A model generated the notes under the pieces. It saw nothing but the letters and a program-made list of their open reading frames with translations. It searched no databases and was not told the DNA's origin. Shown in pieces: positions 44,847-54,658 of a DNA stretch of 60,989 nucleotides. Made by a program: the position numbers and the translations under genes. How positions within the stretch are numbered: the stretch's first letter is position 1; each line of letters starts with the position of its first letter. The DNA lies in assembly GCA_947245515.1 (NCBI GenBank), contig CAMXQV010000005.1:1-60989 (forward strand). The letters are read 5' to 3'. The DNA comes from an uncultured Clostridium sp. (GTDB lineage: Bacteria > Bacillota > Clostridia > TANB77 > CAG-508).

Positions 44847-47258
44847 CTACTCTCCTTTCATTTTTAATTCATCTAATTGTTCAAGTGTCATTAGAACTTC
44901 TCTTGGCTTGCTACCTTGATAACCAGAAATAACACCTCTTTCCTCCATTTGATCTATTATTCTACCTGCTCTTGCATATCCAACTTTAAATCTTCTTTGA
45001 ATAAAAGAAGTAGATGCTTGACCAGTTTCTACTACTGTTTGAATTGCTTCTGTTAAAAATGGATCTGTTTCATCTTCTTCAGTAGTCTGAGCTATTTCTT
45101 TGTCTGTTTTGTTACTATTTTCTATGCTTTCTAAAATATCTTCACTATAAGTTGCAATTCCATTTGACTTGACAAAGTCAACTATTTTCTCGACTTCTTC
45201 ATCTGATACAAAAGCACCTTGAACTCTTGAAGGTTTTGGAGCTCCTGAAGGAAATAATAACATATCACCCTTACCTAATAATTTTTCTGCTCCAACACTA
45301 TCTAAAATAGTTCTTGAATCTACTTGTGATGAAACCGCAAAAGCTATTCTAGATGGAACATTTGCTTTAATTAGACCTGTTATAACATCTACTGATGGTC
45401 TTTGTGTAGCAATTACCAAATGCATACCTGCTGCTCTCGCTTTTTGTGCTAAACGACATATTGCATCTTCTACATCACTTTTTGCTACCATCATTAAATC
45501 TGCAAGCTCATCTATAATTATAACTATTTGAGGTAATTTTCCTACTTCATTTTCTTTTTCTATTGCATTATTATATCCTTTTAAATCACGAACACCTTTA
45601 CTTGCAAATTTATTATATCTGTCGTCCATTTCTTGTACTGCCCATGCTAATGCACCAGCTGCTTTTCTTGGATCTGTAACTACAGGGATTAACAAGTGTG
45701 GTATACCATTATATACTGATAACTCAACAACCTTAGGGTCAACCATTACAAATTTTACTTCACTTGGTTTTGCATGATATATTATACTTGTAATTATTGT
45801 ATTTATACATACACTCTTTCCTGAACCTGTTGAACCTGCAATTAAAACATGTGGCATTTTAGCAATATCTGCTAACTGAACCTTTCCTGCTACATCTTTT
45901 CCTAAAGCAATTGTTAATTTTGATTCACTATCAATAAAGTCAGTACTGTCTAAAACTTCTCTTAAATGAACAGCTTCTCTCTCTTGATTAGGTACTTCTA
46001 TACCAACTGCTTGTTTTCCTGGAATCGGAGCCTCTATTCTTATTGTTTCAGCTGCTAAATTTAATGCAATATCATCTGCAAGATTTGCTATTTTACTTAC
46101 TCTAACACCTTCTGCTGGTTTTAACTCATATCTGGTAATAGCTGGTCCAACTGAAACATTTTCAACTTTAGCAGATACACCAAAACTATATAAAGTCTTT
46201 TGAAGCTTTGTTGCAGTATCTGTTAAAGCTTTTGCTCCCCCTCTTAAAGCTTTTTTTGTTGGTTTACTTAAAATTTCAATTGGTGGATATTCATAATGTT
46301 CATCTTCCACTATAACTGCATGTTCTAATTGTAAAACTGCTTTTTTCTTATCTTCTTTTTCTTCTTCTACATCTTTAAATAAATTAGAGTCAATAACATC
46401 TGGTTCAATTGTGTTTGTTTCTATTTTATGTTTTTTAGTTTCTTTTGTTAAGGGCTCTAAGTCATCCTGTGAATGGTCATATTTCTCTAGACCTTGTATC
46501 TCTGTATTATCTACAAAAGTCCCACCATAATTAATTTTAATTTGTTCGTTCTTTGGTGCTTTTTGATCGTTCTCTATTTTTGCCATTTGGGCTTGAATTC
46601 TTTTTTCTTCTCTTTCTCTTTTTCTTCTTTGTGCTGGTGTTTCTGTTTGTTCCTTTTCTCTTCTCTTTCTATTTTCTTCTTTTTCCCCCTGTCTTTCTTC
46701 TTTCTTTTCTATCAGCCTTTCAACAAACATATTTATAATTTCAGATAAATTAATTCCAAAAGTAAATACAATTAATATTCCAGCAACACCTATACAAAAT
46801 ATAACAGAACCTACTTCTCCTAATAATTTTTCTAGTGGAACCGCTGCAACAGCTCCAATAGCTCCTCCACCTTTACTTTGACTTCCTAAATAATATGCAT
46901 CTTTTACGACCTCTGACATTTCTTTAGAATAAGATAATTCTCCAGAAGATATCTGAAGTACACTAAATACCACAGACAAGCTAATTACTGCAATAGTATA
47001 TTGAATTAACTTAGAAATCATTTCTTCCTTTTCTTCACATGCTAACTTTATTGCCACAAAAAATATTCCTATTGGTAATACATATTGCATTATTCCAAAT
47101 ATTCCACCTAAAACTTCATTTAATTTTTGCCCTATTACTCCAGATTTTGTATATATTAAAACAGCAGTTAATATACTTAAAACTATTAGTACTATTATTG
47201 TAATATCTATTTTTGATGCTGTTTTCTTCTTTTTATATTTTTTACCTCTTTTTGCCAT
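44847..47258 (-). CDS. ftsK: DNA translocase FtsK/SpoIIIE
   Basis: Start trimmed to MAKRGKKYKKKK (SD AAGGAGGA). Four TM helices and a K/E-rich linker. Walker A GSTGSGKS, Walker B IIIDELADL and a gamma winged helix. Confidence 0.9.
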   Translation of the reverse strand: MAKRGKKYKKKKTASKIDITIIVLIVLSILTAVLIYTKSGVIGQKLNEVLGGIFGIMQYVLPIGIFFVAIKLACEEKEEMISKLIQYTIAVISLSVVFSVLQISSGELSYSKEMSEVVKDAYYLGSQSKGGGAIGAVAAVPLEKLLGEVGSVIFCIGVAGILIVFTFGINLSEIINMFVERLIEKKEERQGEKEENRKRREKEQTETPAQRRKREREEKRIQAQMAKIENDQKAPKNEQIKINYGGTFVDNTEIQGLEKYDHSQDDLEPLTKETKKHKIETNTIEPDVIDSNLFKDVEEEKEDKKKAVLQLEHAVIVEDEHYEYPPIEILSKPTKKALRGGAKALTDTATKLQKTLYSFGVSAKVENVSVGPAITRYELKPAEGVRVSKIANLADDIALNLAAETIRIEAPIPGKQAVGIEVPNQEREAVHLREVLDSTDFIDSESKLTIALGKDVAGKVQLADIAKMPHVLIAGSTGSGKSVCINTIITSIIYHAKPSEVKFVMVDPKVVELSVYNGIPHLLIPVVTDPRKAAGALAWAVQEMDDRYNKFASKGVRDLKGYNNAIEKENEVGKLPQIVIIIDELADLMMVAKSDVEDAICRLAQKARAAGMHLVIATQRPSVDVITGLIKANVPSRIAFAVSSQVDSRTILDSVGAEKLLGKGDMLLFPSGAPKPSRVQGAFVSDEEVEKIVDFVKSNGIATYSEDILESIENSNKTDKEIAQTTEEDETDPFLTEAIQTVVETGQASTSFIQRRFKVGYARAGRIIDQMEERGVISGYQGSKPREVLMTLEQLDELKMKGE

Positions 47259-47271
47259 TTCATCCTCCTTT

Positions 47272-47383
47272 AAGATGATTTTTGGGACGGAGGAAAAAAT
47301 CATCTCTAAATTCAATTTTTATATAATCTCATATTATTTTTTTATTTTAAGATGATTTTTTCCTCCGTCCCAAAAATCATCTT
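47272..47383. repeat. Paired-hairpin repeat family C, copy 3
   Basis: AAGATGATTTTTGGGACGGAGGAAAAAATCATCT (47272-47305) and AAGATGATTTTTTCCTCCGTCCCAAAAATCATCTT (47349-47383). The element abuts the ftsK SD. Confidence 0.9.
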
Positions 47384-47449
47384 TGCAACTTAAAAATCAG
47401 ATTTCAAAAGTCTTGTTTTTTGACTTCTGGCATCTGACTTTTGCTCTTT

Positions 47450-47953
47450 TTATTCTAATTCTTTTCTACTATTTTGTATTGTTTTTATTGTATCTTCTAA
47501 GGCTATTTGCATTAAGTTTAATGCTTCTGTCATATTTGTTCCTAGCCTGTCTAAGGTTTCTTTCATTACTTCTTCTGTGTTTGCTAATAAGCTATCTGCA
47601 TATTCTTTTGTTCCTTTAGAAATTTCTCTGGACATTTCATTTGCTGTTTCAATAATTTCTGTTTTTTGGTCATAGGCTTTTCTTGTAATTTCATGCTCAT
47701 CTATCATAGAGATAATTCTATTTTCTGCTTCTTTTACTATGTTATCAGCTTCTTTTTGTGCTTCAACAATTATACGTTGTCTTTCTTCTTTGACCCATTT
47801 TGCTTGCTTTAATTCATCTGGTAATTTTAGTCTAATTTCTTTTATAATATCCATTAGTTGCTCTTTGTCTATTATTCCTTTAGAAGAAAATGGTATATTT
47901 TTTGCTTCTTCTAATATGTCTTCTAAAGTATCTAATAATGTGAATATTTCCAT
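47450..47953 (-). CDS. Hypothetical coiled-coil protein
   Basis: 167-aa ORF. Charged helical sequence. Homologues are often loosely annotated as ATPase-subunit-like (from memory). Confidence 0.55.
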   Translation of the reverse strand: MEIFTLLDTLEDILEEAKNIPFSSKGIIDKEQLMDIIKEIRLKLPDELKQAKWVKEERQRIIVEAQKEADNIVKEAENRIISMIDEHEITRKAYDQKTEIIETANEMSREISKGTKEYADSLLANTEEVMKETLDRLGTNMTEALNLMQIALEDTIKTIQNSRKELE

Positions 47954-47973
47954 TAGTTTGCCCCTTTCTATTC

Positions 47974-48522
47974 TTATTTCTTTTTGAAAAAAATAAGATT
48001 TGCTCGACCATATTTTCTTTTATCAATCATATCTATATCAAGTTCGTTAATCTTGTTTATTATTTGTTCTTCATCTGTTTCAACTATTATTATAGCTTCT
48101 TCTTTTAATAAGTTGTTTTTTATTAATAATTGTATGGCTTTATAGGCTAATTCTGTTTTATATGGTGGATCAAGATAAATTATGTCTAATTTCTCCTTTA
48201 CTTCGTTATTTAATACAAAATCATAGTCTTTGTTATATATTTTTGTTTGTTTTTCAAAATGAGTCTTTTCTATATTCTTTTTTATTATTTCTATTGCCTT
48301 TTTTGAGTTGTCACATAAAATTGCTTTTTTAGCTCCTCTGCTTAATGCTTCTAGCCCTATTGCACCACTTCCAGAAAATAAGTCTAAAAAAGTACTTTCA
48401 AGTATTTGATTTTGTAGAATATTAAATAATGATTCTTTTACTCTATCTAAGGTTGGTCTTGTATTTGTTCCTTCTAAAGTTGCTAGTTTTGTTCCTCTTG
48501 CTTTTCCACTTATTATTCTCAT
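47974..48522 (-). CDS. rsmD: 16S rRNA (guanine966-N2)-methyltransferase
   Basis: 182-aa ORF. MRIISGKARG, LDLFSGSGAIGLEALSRGA, LDPPY. Confidence 0.85.
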   Translation of the reverse strand: MRIISGKARGTKLATLEGTNTRPTLDRVKESLFNILQNQILESTFLDLFSGSGAIGLEALSRGAKKAILCDNSKKAIEIIKKNIEKTHFEKQTKIYNKDYDFVLNNEVKEKLDIIYLDPPYKTELAYKAIQLLIKNNLLKEEAIIIVETDEEQIINKINELDIDMIDKRKYGRANLIFFKKK

Positions 48523-48786
48523 AAATTTGCCTTTCTTTTGATATGATTATTTTATTCTTTTTTATTTGGTGGGTCAATAGTATTAATAGAAATGTAACAT
48601 ATATTTAACAGGATTGTAACATATATGCACATTTTCCTTGTTTTTACTTTTGTTTTGACATTAGACTACTTTTATTTTGTTTTTTATATATTTTCCTAAA
48701 GAACAAATTTATAAAATAAATTTGTGTACAAGATATTTAATATAAAAGAAGACCATCTTTTTGATAGTCTTCTTCTGTATTTTTTC

Positions 48787-49242
48787 TTATGCATCTCCTT
48801 TATTTACATCTTTTAGTAATTCTAATTGTGATATTAAAAGAGATTCCATTTTTGCTTTATAAATATCAAATTGTTTTTTTAAATCTTCTAACTCTTTTTT
48901 CTTTAAAACTATTTGATTTTCTAGTTCTATTGTCTGCTGTTTAACTGTATCTTTAGCTTCACTAATAATTTGTTCTGCTTGTTGCTTTGCTATATTTTTA
49001 ACATCATCTGCTGTACTCTGTGCAACAACTAAGGTACTTTGCAAGGTTGATTCAATGGTTTTGTAATGTTCAAGACTTTTAGATAATTCCTCGACTTTTG
49101 ATTTTAACTCTGTATTTTCTCTATAACTCTTAAAATAGTCTACTGTTAACTCGTCTAAAAAATCATCAATTTCTTCAACATTATATCCATTCATTAATTG
49201 TTTTGAAAATTTTTTATTTTCTATATCCAAAGGTGTTATCAC
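48787..49242 (-). CDS. divIVA: DivIVA domain protein
   Basis: 151-aa ORF. MITPLDIENKKFSKQLMNGYNVEEIDDFLDEL followed by a coiled coil. Confidence 0.85.
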   Translation of the reverse strand: MITPLDIENKKFSKQLMNGYNVEEIDDFLDELTVDYFKSYRENTELKSKVEELSKSLEHYKTIESTLQSTLVVAQSTADDVKNIAKQQAEQIISEAKDTVKQQTIELENQIVLKKKELEDLKKQFDIYKAKMESLLISQLELLKDVNKGDA

Positions 49243-49271
49243 TATTTTACCTCCTTACAGCATATTTCCAA

Positions 49272-49751
49272 TTAATTCATTCCATTATTTTTTAGCCAAG
49301 AAACTGATAATTTATTTCTCATTTCTTCTCTTGCCATTTCATTTGTAATTTCATAATTTGATGGTGCAACTAAAAATATAGAATTTGATACTTTTTGAAT
49401 ATATCCATCTAATGCATATACTCCACCACTAATAAAGTCTACAATTCTTCTAGCTACATCTTTGTTTACATACTCTAGATTAACAATTACAGATTTTTTT
49501 TCTTTTATGAAAGCACATATTTCATCTGATTGTTCAAAAGATGTTGGCTGAGATATAACCATTTTTATAGAGTTTGTTTGTGTTTGTTGCATTGGAACTA
49601 CTTTATTTTTTCTGCCAAATATTTTTTTATCTTCTAATATTTCTTCATCTTCATCTTCTTCATATTCATATATATTTTCATCATCGTATTCTTCTGTCTC
49701 TTTATCCATGCCAAATAGGTCCCATACTTTGTTCATTAGTGCTCCTGCCAT
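49272..49751 (-). CDS. sepF: Cell division protein SepF
   Basis: Start trimmed to MAGALMNKVWDLFGM (SD GGAGG). C-terminal SepF core VISQPTSFEQSDEICAFIKEKKSVIVNLEYV .. FLVAP. Confidence 0.85.
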   Translation of the reverse strand: MAGALMNKVWDLFGMDKETEEYDDENIYEYEEDEDEEILEDKKIFGRKNKVVPMQQTQTNSIKMVISQPTSFEQSDEICAFIKEKKSVIVNLEYVNKDVARRIVDFISGGVYALDGYIQKVSNSIFLVAPSNYEITNEMAREEMRNKLSVSWLKNNGMN

Positions 49752-49873
49752 ATAATAACCTCCTAAATCATTTTCTTTTTTGCTTATACTAAGTATCCAC
49801 TTTTTTAAGCATATTGTCAACATTTTTTCATAATATTACATTTTTTTAATAAAATTGTAATGTTTTCGTAATA

Positions 49874-51133
49874 TTAATTTATTTTTTCTAAATTTGGATT
49901 TATTATAATTTCATCATATATATTAATTTTTTTGTATTTCTTAATTTCGTCACTAGTCATGCCTTCTTTTTTTAATTCATCTGTTGTATATCCTTCAATA
50001 ATAGAATATTTTTCTCCTTCTTTCTTTACTTTTATTAAAATTTTACTTAAATATCCAGCACTACTCCTTACTACATATTTTTTTCCGTTTTCTTCTGCAA
50101 TAGCATGGTTTGGTACTTTAAGTCCAGATGCACTCCACCAAATTAGTTCAAAAGATATTTTTCTATAATTTATTAATTCTTTTATTTCTTTGTTTATTTT
50201 TAAAAATAGAACTACATCTCCATCTTGTTCATTAATAATATTAGTTATTTCAGCTGGAACTTCTGCATTATTTGATAATCTTATTTTGATTTTTTTTCCT
50301 ACCTCTGTTTGTTTTGCCTCCTCTGATGAAGTAATCGTAGCTATATAACAGCTAAAATTATCTATTATCTTCCCACACTCATCATTTGTTGCTACAACTT
50401 TACCTGTTTTTAAATCCAAACTTTCTAAATATTCTTTGCTTAAGGTTTCAAAATTTTCTGTAGTAAGTGTCTCTTCAAAGCCATCAACTTTATAAGATAC
50501 TATTCCACTTTTTGGTGAAGTTACATATTCAGCTCCAGAATTCAAACTATTTTCGTATCTTTTTCTTTCTTCAATTAACTGGTTCAAATATGAACCTTTT
50601 GGGCTAGCATCACCAGCTATTTTTGATTTTTTCTTTACTAGATTATCAATTTCTCTTTTATATTCTTCTAATTTTGTTACATCTTTTAATTTACTAATAC
50701 TATAAACCTTTTCATCAATTTGTTTTTCTAGTAATTTCATATCTGATAGACATAAACTCTTATCATTTTTCATTACCTCTTGTATTTTTTTATCTAGTTC
50801 CAATACTTTCTTCTTTAGATTTTCTTCATTATTGCTATAATATCTAAATATATTTTCGCTTTTCGCTACCTTCTCTCCTTCAATTTTTATTTGTTCCATA
50901 CCATTTTTATAGTTCTTACCTTTTACTACTGTTTCATCTCTTATTACATATCCAACTACTGTTTCTTCTTTATACAATTTTCCCTCTTCTATTGTAAAAA
51001 TATCTGTAGGTTCTTTTATTAATAGATACATGGTATATAAGACATATACTAATAACAAAAATAATACTATATACATAATTATTTTCTTCTTATCTATTTG
51101 CTTATCTTTTGATATCTGTGTTTTTTCTTCCAT
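49874..51133 (-). CDS. HlyD-like membrane-fusion/adaptor family protein (tentative)
   Basis: 419-aa ORF. N-terminal TM, central coiled coil and a beta-rich C-terminus. Confidence 0.4.
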   Translation of the reverse strand: MEEKTQISKDKQIDKKKIIMYIVLFLLLVYVLYTMYLLIKEPTDIFTIEEGKLYKEETVVGYVIRDETVVKGKNYKNGMEQIKIEGEKVAKSENIFRYYSNNEENLKKKVLELDKKIQEVMKNDKSLCLSDMKLLEKQIDEKVYSISKLKDVTKLEEYKREIDNLVKKKSKIAGDASPKGSYLNQLIEERKRYENSLNSGAEYVTSPKSGIVSYKVDGFEETLTTENFETLSKEYLESLDLKTGKVVATNDECGKIIDNFSCYIATITSSEEAKQTEVGKKIKIRLSNNAEVPAEITNIINEQDGDVVLFLKINKEIKELINYRKISFELIWWSASGLKVPNHAIAEENGKKYVVRSSAGYLSKILIKVKKEGEKYSIIEGYTTDELKKEGMTSDEIKKYKKINIYDEIIINPNLEKIN

Positions 51134-51134
51134 T

Positions 51135-52049
51135 TTACTCCTCTAGAATAATTTTTATATTCTTTTTAATTTCATCTTCTCCGTCAATCCATTTAGTCTG
51201 TTTATTCTTTCGAAACCATGTTAATTGTCTTTTAGCATATCTTCGCGTTTCCATTTTGATTTTTTCTACCATTTCTTCATAAGAAATCTTATTATCTAAA
51301 TACTGAATTACTTCTTTATAACCTAGTCCCTGTATCGAAGTTGGAAATTGGTTATATTTTTTGTGAATTTTTTCCACCTCTTGTATTAATCCATCTTCAA
51401 GCATTATATCAACTCTTTGATTAATCCTTTCATATAATTTTTCTCTTTTCCAAGAAAGTGCAAATACTTTATAATCAAATTCTATTTCGTTTTTTCTTGA
51501 TACTATTTCTTGCTCTGTTTTGTTTTTTCCTGTTGCCTTATATATTTCTAATATCCTAAAAATTCTTTTTCTATCTTTTCGACTAATTTTTTCTATTGCA
51601 ATAGGATCTATCTTTTTAGCTTCCTCATACAGTTTATCTAAGCCTTCTTTATCTGCTATTAACTCTAATTGTTTCCTATATTGTTCATTAAACTCAATAT
51701 TTGGATAGTCTATTTCATATATTAGACTATCTAAATATAAACCAGTTCCACCAACAACAATTGGAACTTTGCCTTTTTCTAAAATTTCTCTAATTGCTAT
51801 TTTAGCCTCTCTTTTATAATCTGCTACACTAAATCTTTCATCTGGTGAAACTATATCTATCATATAATGTTTAATTCCTTTTTTTTCTTGTTCTGTTGGC
51901 TTAGCAGTTCCTATATTCATGTCTTTATATATTTGCATTGAGTCACAAGATACTATTTCTCCTTTTATTTTCTTAGCTAATTCTATTGATAATGCAGTCT
52001 TTCCTGATGCTGTAGGACCACATATTACTATTACTTTTGGCTTTGACAT
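51135..52049 (-). CDS. miaA: tRNA dimethylallyltransferase
   Basis: 304-aa ORF. P-loop GPTASGKT, DSMQIYKDMNIGTAKP, GGTGLY. Confidence 0.9.
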   Translation of the reverse strand: MSKPKVIVICGPTASGKTALSIELAKKIKGEIVSCDSMQIYKDMNIGTAKPTEQEKKGIKHYMIDIVSPDERFSVADYKREAKIAIREILEKGKVPIVVGGTGLYLDSLIYEIDYPNIEFNEQYRKQLELIADKEGLDKLYEEAKKIDPIAIEKISRKDRKRIFRILEIYKATGKNKTEQEIVSRKNEIEFDYKVFALSWKREKLYERINQRVDIMLEDGLIQEVEKIHKKYNQFPTSIQGLGYKEVIQYLDNKISYEEMVEKIKMETRRYAKRQLTWFRKNKQTKWIDGEDEIKKNIKIILEE

Positions 52050-52093
52050 TTTTTCTCCTTTTTTATAAAAAACAGATAATTCCTTTTAATTTA

Positions 52094-54439
52094 TTATTTT
52101 CTAGAAAATTTTCTTTCTATATCATATTTTGTCATTTTTATTGCTGTTGGTCTACCATGAGGGCATGTAAAGGGATTTGGTAATTTTAATAATTGAGCCA
52201 TTAAACTTTCTACTTCTTCAGAGTTTAATGCCATATTAGCTTTTACTGCTGCTTTACAGGCTACTGTAGCAATAAATTTTTCTTCTTTTTCCTGTTTTGC
52301 TGTTCTTGCTACTGTATTGATTTCATCCAAAGTTTCTAAAAATAATTCTCTAGTGTCTAAATCTATACAAACTGTTGGAACACCAGTTAATTTAATTGTA
52401 TTTTCTCCAAATTCTTCTAAACTAAAACCAGCTTGTTCAAACATTTTTATATTATCTTTAGCTATATCCATTTCTTTATGTGATAAGGTTATTACATCAG
52501 GTAATAATAGCATTTGCGAATCTTTTGAAGTATCACTATAATAATTTTCCTTTACTTTTTCATACATAATTCTTTCGTGTGCTGCATGTTGATCTAATAT
52601 GTACATTTCGTCATTAATTTCCAATATTATATAGGTTTTAAAGGCTATACCTATAAATTTATAATTTGGTGTTTCAATTTCTTCTTGTCCTTCAAATACT
52701 GATACATTATCTTTTACAATATCTATTGCTGTTTGTTGATTTTCTTCTATTACCTTTTCTTCTTTTTCTTGTATTGGTAAGGTTCCAAATAATTTTGCAT
52801 ACATCTCATTAAAATCTTCTGAAACTGTTTTGGGGTTGTCTTTTAAGTCATTCATTTTCTCTTTAACTTCTTCAAATTCTTTTTGTACCTCTTCATTATC
52901 TATTTTCTTTATCTCTGAATCAATATCTTTAACGTTTTGTGTTTTTTCTGTAATTTTATCGCTTTCCAAACTATCTCTTTCAGTTAATTGTTCTGTTTTA
53001 CTTTTTGCTTCTGTTTCTTCTTTTTCGTTTTCTTGTATTTTTTCTTCCTCTTGTTTCACTTCCCTTGTCTCTAATCTATACTCTTGTGTTTTTTCCTCTA
53101 CTTTGTTTATTTCTTTTTCATGTATATCTTTTTCAAGTTTTTCTTTCATTTGCTTTAATTGTGTTAAAATATCCTCAGTGTTTATTGGCTGTCCTATATT
53201 TAAATCTTGAGCTTTTTTTATATTATTATTTTTTTCCCTTTCTTTAACTATATCTTCAATTACATTTGTTTTTATTTTGCTTTCTTCATCATTATATTGT
53301 TCTATTTCTCTTTCTTTTTGTTTCCTAAAAGAAAATAATCCTCCACTTTGTTGCTTGTTATTGTTTTCTCTTATTATTCTTAATCTTTCTTCAAAACTTT
53401 GTGCAGATCTATCTATTGTCCCATATTTGTTTTCTGTATTTGCTACTAGTTCAGTTTTTAATAAGGTATCTTTTATAGCATGATATATAGCTTGGAATAT
53501 TTTATTTTCTTCTTGAAATCTTACTTCTAATTTTGCTGGATGTACATTTACATCAACTTTTGCTGGGTTTATCTCTATATTTAGTATTACAAATCCAAAT
53601 TTTCCTATTGGTATTAGACCTTTATAGGCTTGTTCTGTCGCTGATGTTAAGGTCTTATCTTTTATATAACGTTTGTTTACAAAAAATAATTGGTTTGATC
53701 TATTTGATCGTGCAATTTCAGGCTTTCCAATTATTCCAGTAATTTTGATGTCTTCATATTGATAGTTTGTTTCCTTTGTTCCCTTTACTACATCTTTTCC
53801 ATAAATGCTATATACTACATCTTTTATTTCTCCACTTCCATTTGTTTGTATTATTGTTTTTCCTGTATTTATTAATTTTATAGCTATATTAGGATTTACT
53901 AAAGCTATTCTTGTTACTACATCTTCTATATATCCTGATTCTGTGTAATCTTTTTTTAAAAACTTATATCTTACTGGAGTATTGAAAAATAAATTTTTTA
54001 CTATTATTGATGTTCCTTTCTGACAACCTATCTCTTCTTTATTTATTACTTCTCCTGCTTCTACTACTACTTTATAACCTGTGGCTTGTGTTTCTGTTTT
54101 TGATACTAATTCTACTTTAGCTATTGATGAAATACTAGCCAAAGCTTCCCCTCTAAATCCCATAGAGGTTACTTCTTCTAAATCCTCTGCTGTTCTTATT
54201 TTACTTGTTGCATGTCTCTCAAAGGCTATTTCTAAATCATCTTGTGCTATTCCTTTTCCATTATCTGTTACTTTTATATAAGATATTCCACCATTTTTTA
54301 TTTCTACTGTTATATTTGTTGCTCCTGCATCTATTGAATTTTCTACCATTTCTTTTATTACTGATGCTGGTCTTTCTATAACTTCCCCAGCTGCTATTTT
54401 ATTTATTGTTAAATCATCTAATAAAACTATATTTCCCAT
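52094..54439 (-). CDS. mutL: DNA mismatch repair protein MutL with a long K/E-rich linker
   Basis: Start trimmed to MGNIVLLDDLTINKIAAGEVIERPASVIKE (SD GGAGGA). GHKL ATPase motifs and a C-terminal endonuclease domain (QHAAHERI, CPHGRP). Confidence 0.9.
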   Translation of the reverse strand: MGNIVLLDDLTINKIAAGEVIERPASVIKEMVENSIDAGATNITVEIKNGGISYIKVTDNGKGIAQDDLEIAFERHATSKIRTAEDLEEVTSMGFRGEALASISSIAKVELVSKTETQATGYKVVVEAGEVINKEEIGCQKGTSIIVKNLFFNTPVRYKFLKKDYTESGYIEDVVTRIALVNPNIAIKLINTGKTIIQTNGSGEIKDVVYSIYGKDVVKGTKETNYQYEDIKITGIIGKPEIARSNRSNQLFFVNKRYIKDKTLTSATEQAYKGLIPIGKFGFVILNIEINPAKVDVNVHPAKLEVRFQEENKIFQAIYHAIKDTLLKTELVANTENKYGTIDRSAQSFEERLRIIRENNNKQQSGGLFSFRKQKEREIEQYNDEESKIKTNVIEDIVKEREKNNNIKKAQDLNIGQPINTEDILTQLKQMKEKLEKDIHEKEINKVEEKTQEYRLETREVKQEEEKIQENEKEETEAKSKTEQLTERDSLESDKITEKTQNVKDIDSEIKKIDNEEVQKEFEEVKEKMNDLKDNPKTVSEDFNEMYAKLFGTLPIQEKEEKVIEENQQTAIDIVKDNVSVFEGQEEIETPNYKFIGIAFKTYIILEINDEMYILDQHAAHERIMYEKVKENYYSDTSKDSQMLLLPDVITLSHKEMDIAKDNIKMFEQAGFSLEEFGENTIKLTGVPTVCIDLDTRELFLETLDEINTVARTAKQEKEEKFIATVACKAAVKANMALNSEEVESLMAQLLKLPNPFTCPHGRPTAIKMTKYDIERKFSRK

Positions 54440-54658
54440 TATTTTTCCTCCGTTTTTCTTCTCCTTTGTTTCATATTCTATCATAAAGTATTTTAAAAAT
54501 CTATAATCTTATAACAATTGATGAACAAATCTGAAAAATCAAAAATTTTTCAGTAAATTTGTGTACAAGGTTTTTATATAATATAAAGTTAGAACTACTT
54601 TCTTATTATATAAAAATAAAAGAAGATGTCCTATTAAATTGGACACCCCATTATTTTT

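Noticed and set aside
16290-47383. Whether the repeat families could be a CRISPR array or rRNA/tRNA fragments.
   Set aside because: Copies are dispersed over tens of kb, are not regularly spaced, and are palindromic or paired rather than direct repeats with unique spacers. No cloverleaf-like or rRNA-like segments and no cas genes were seen.
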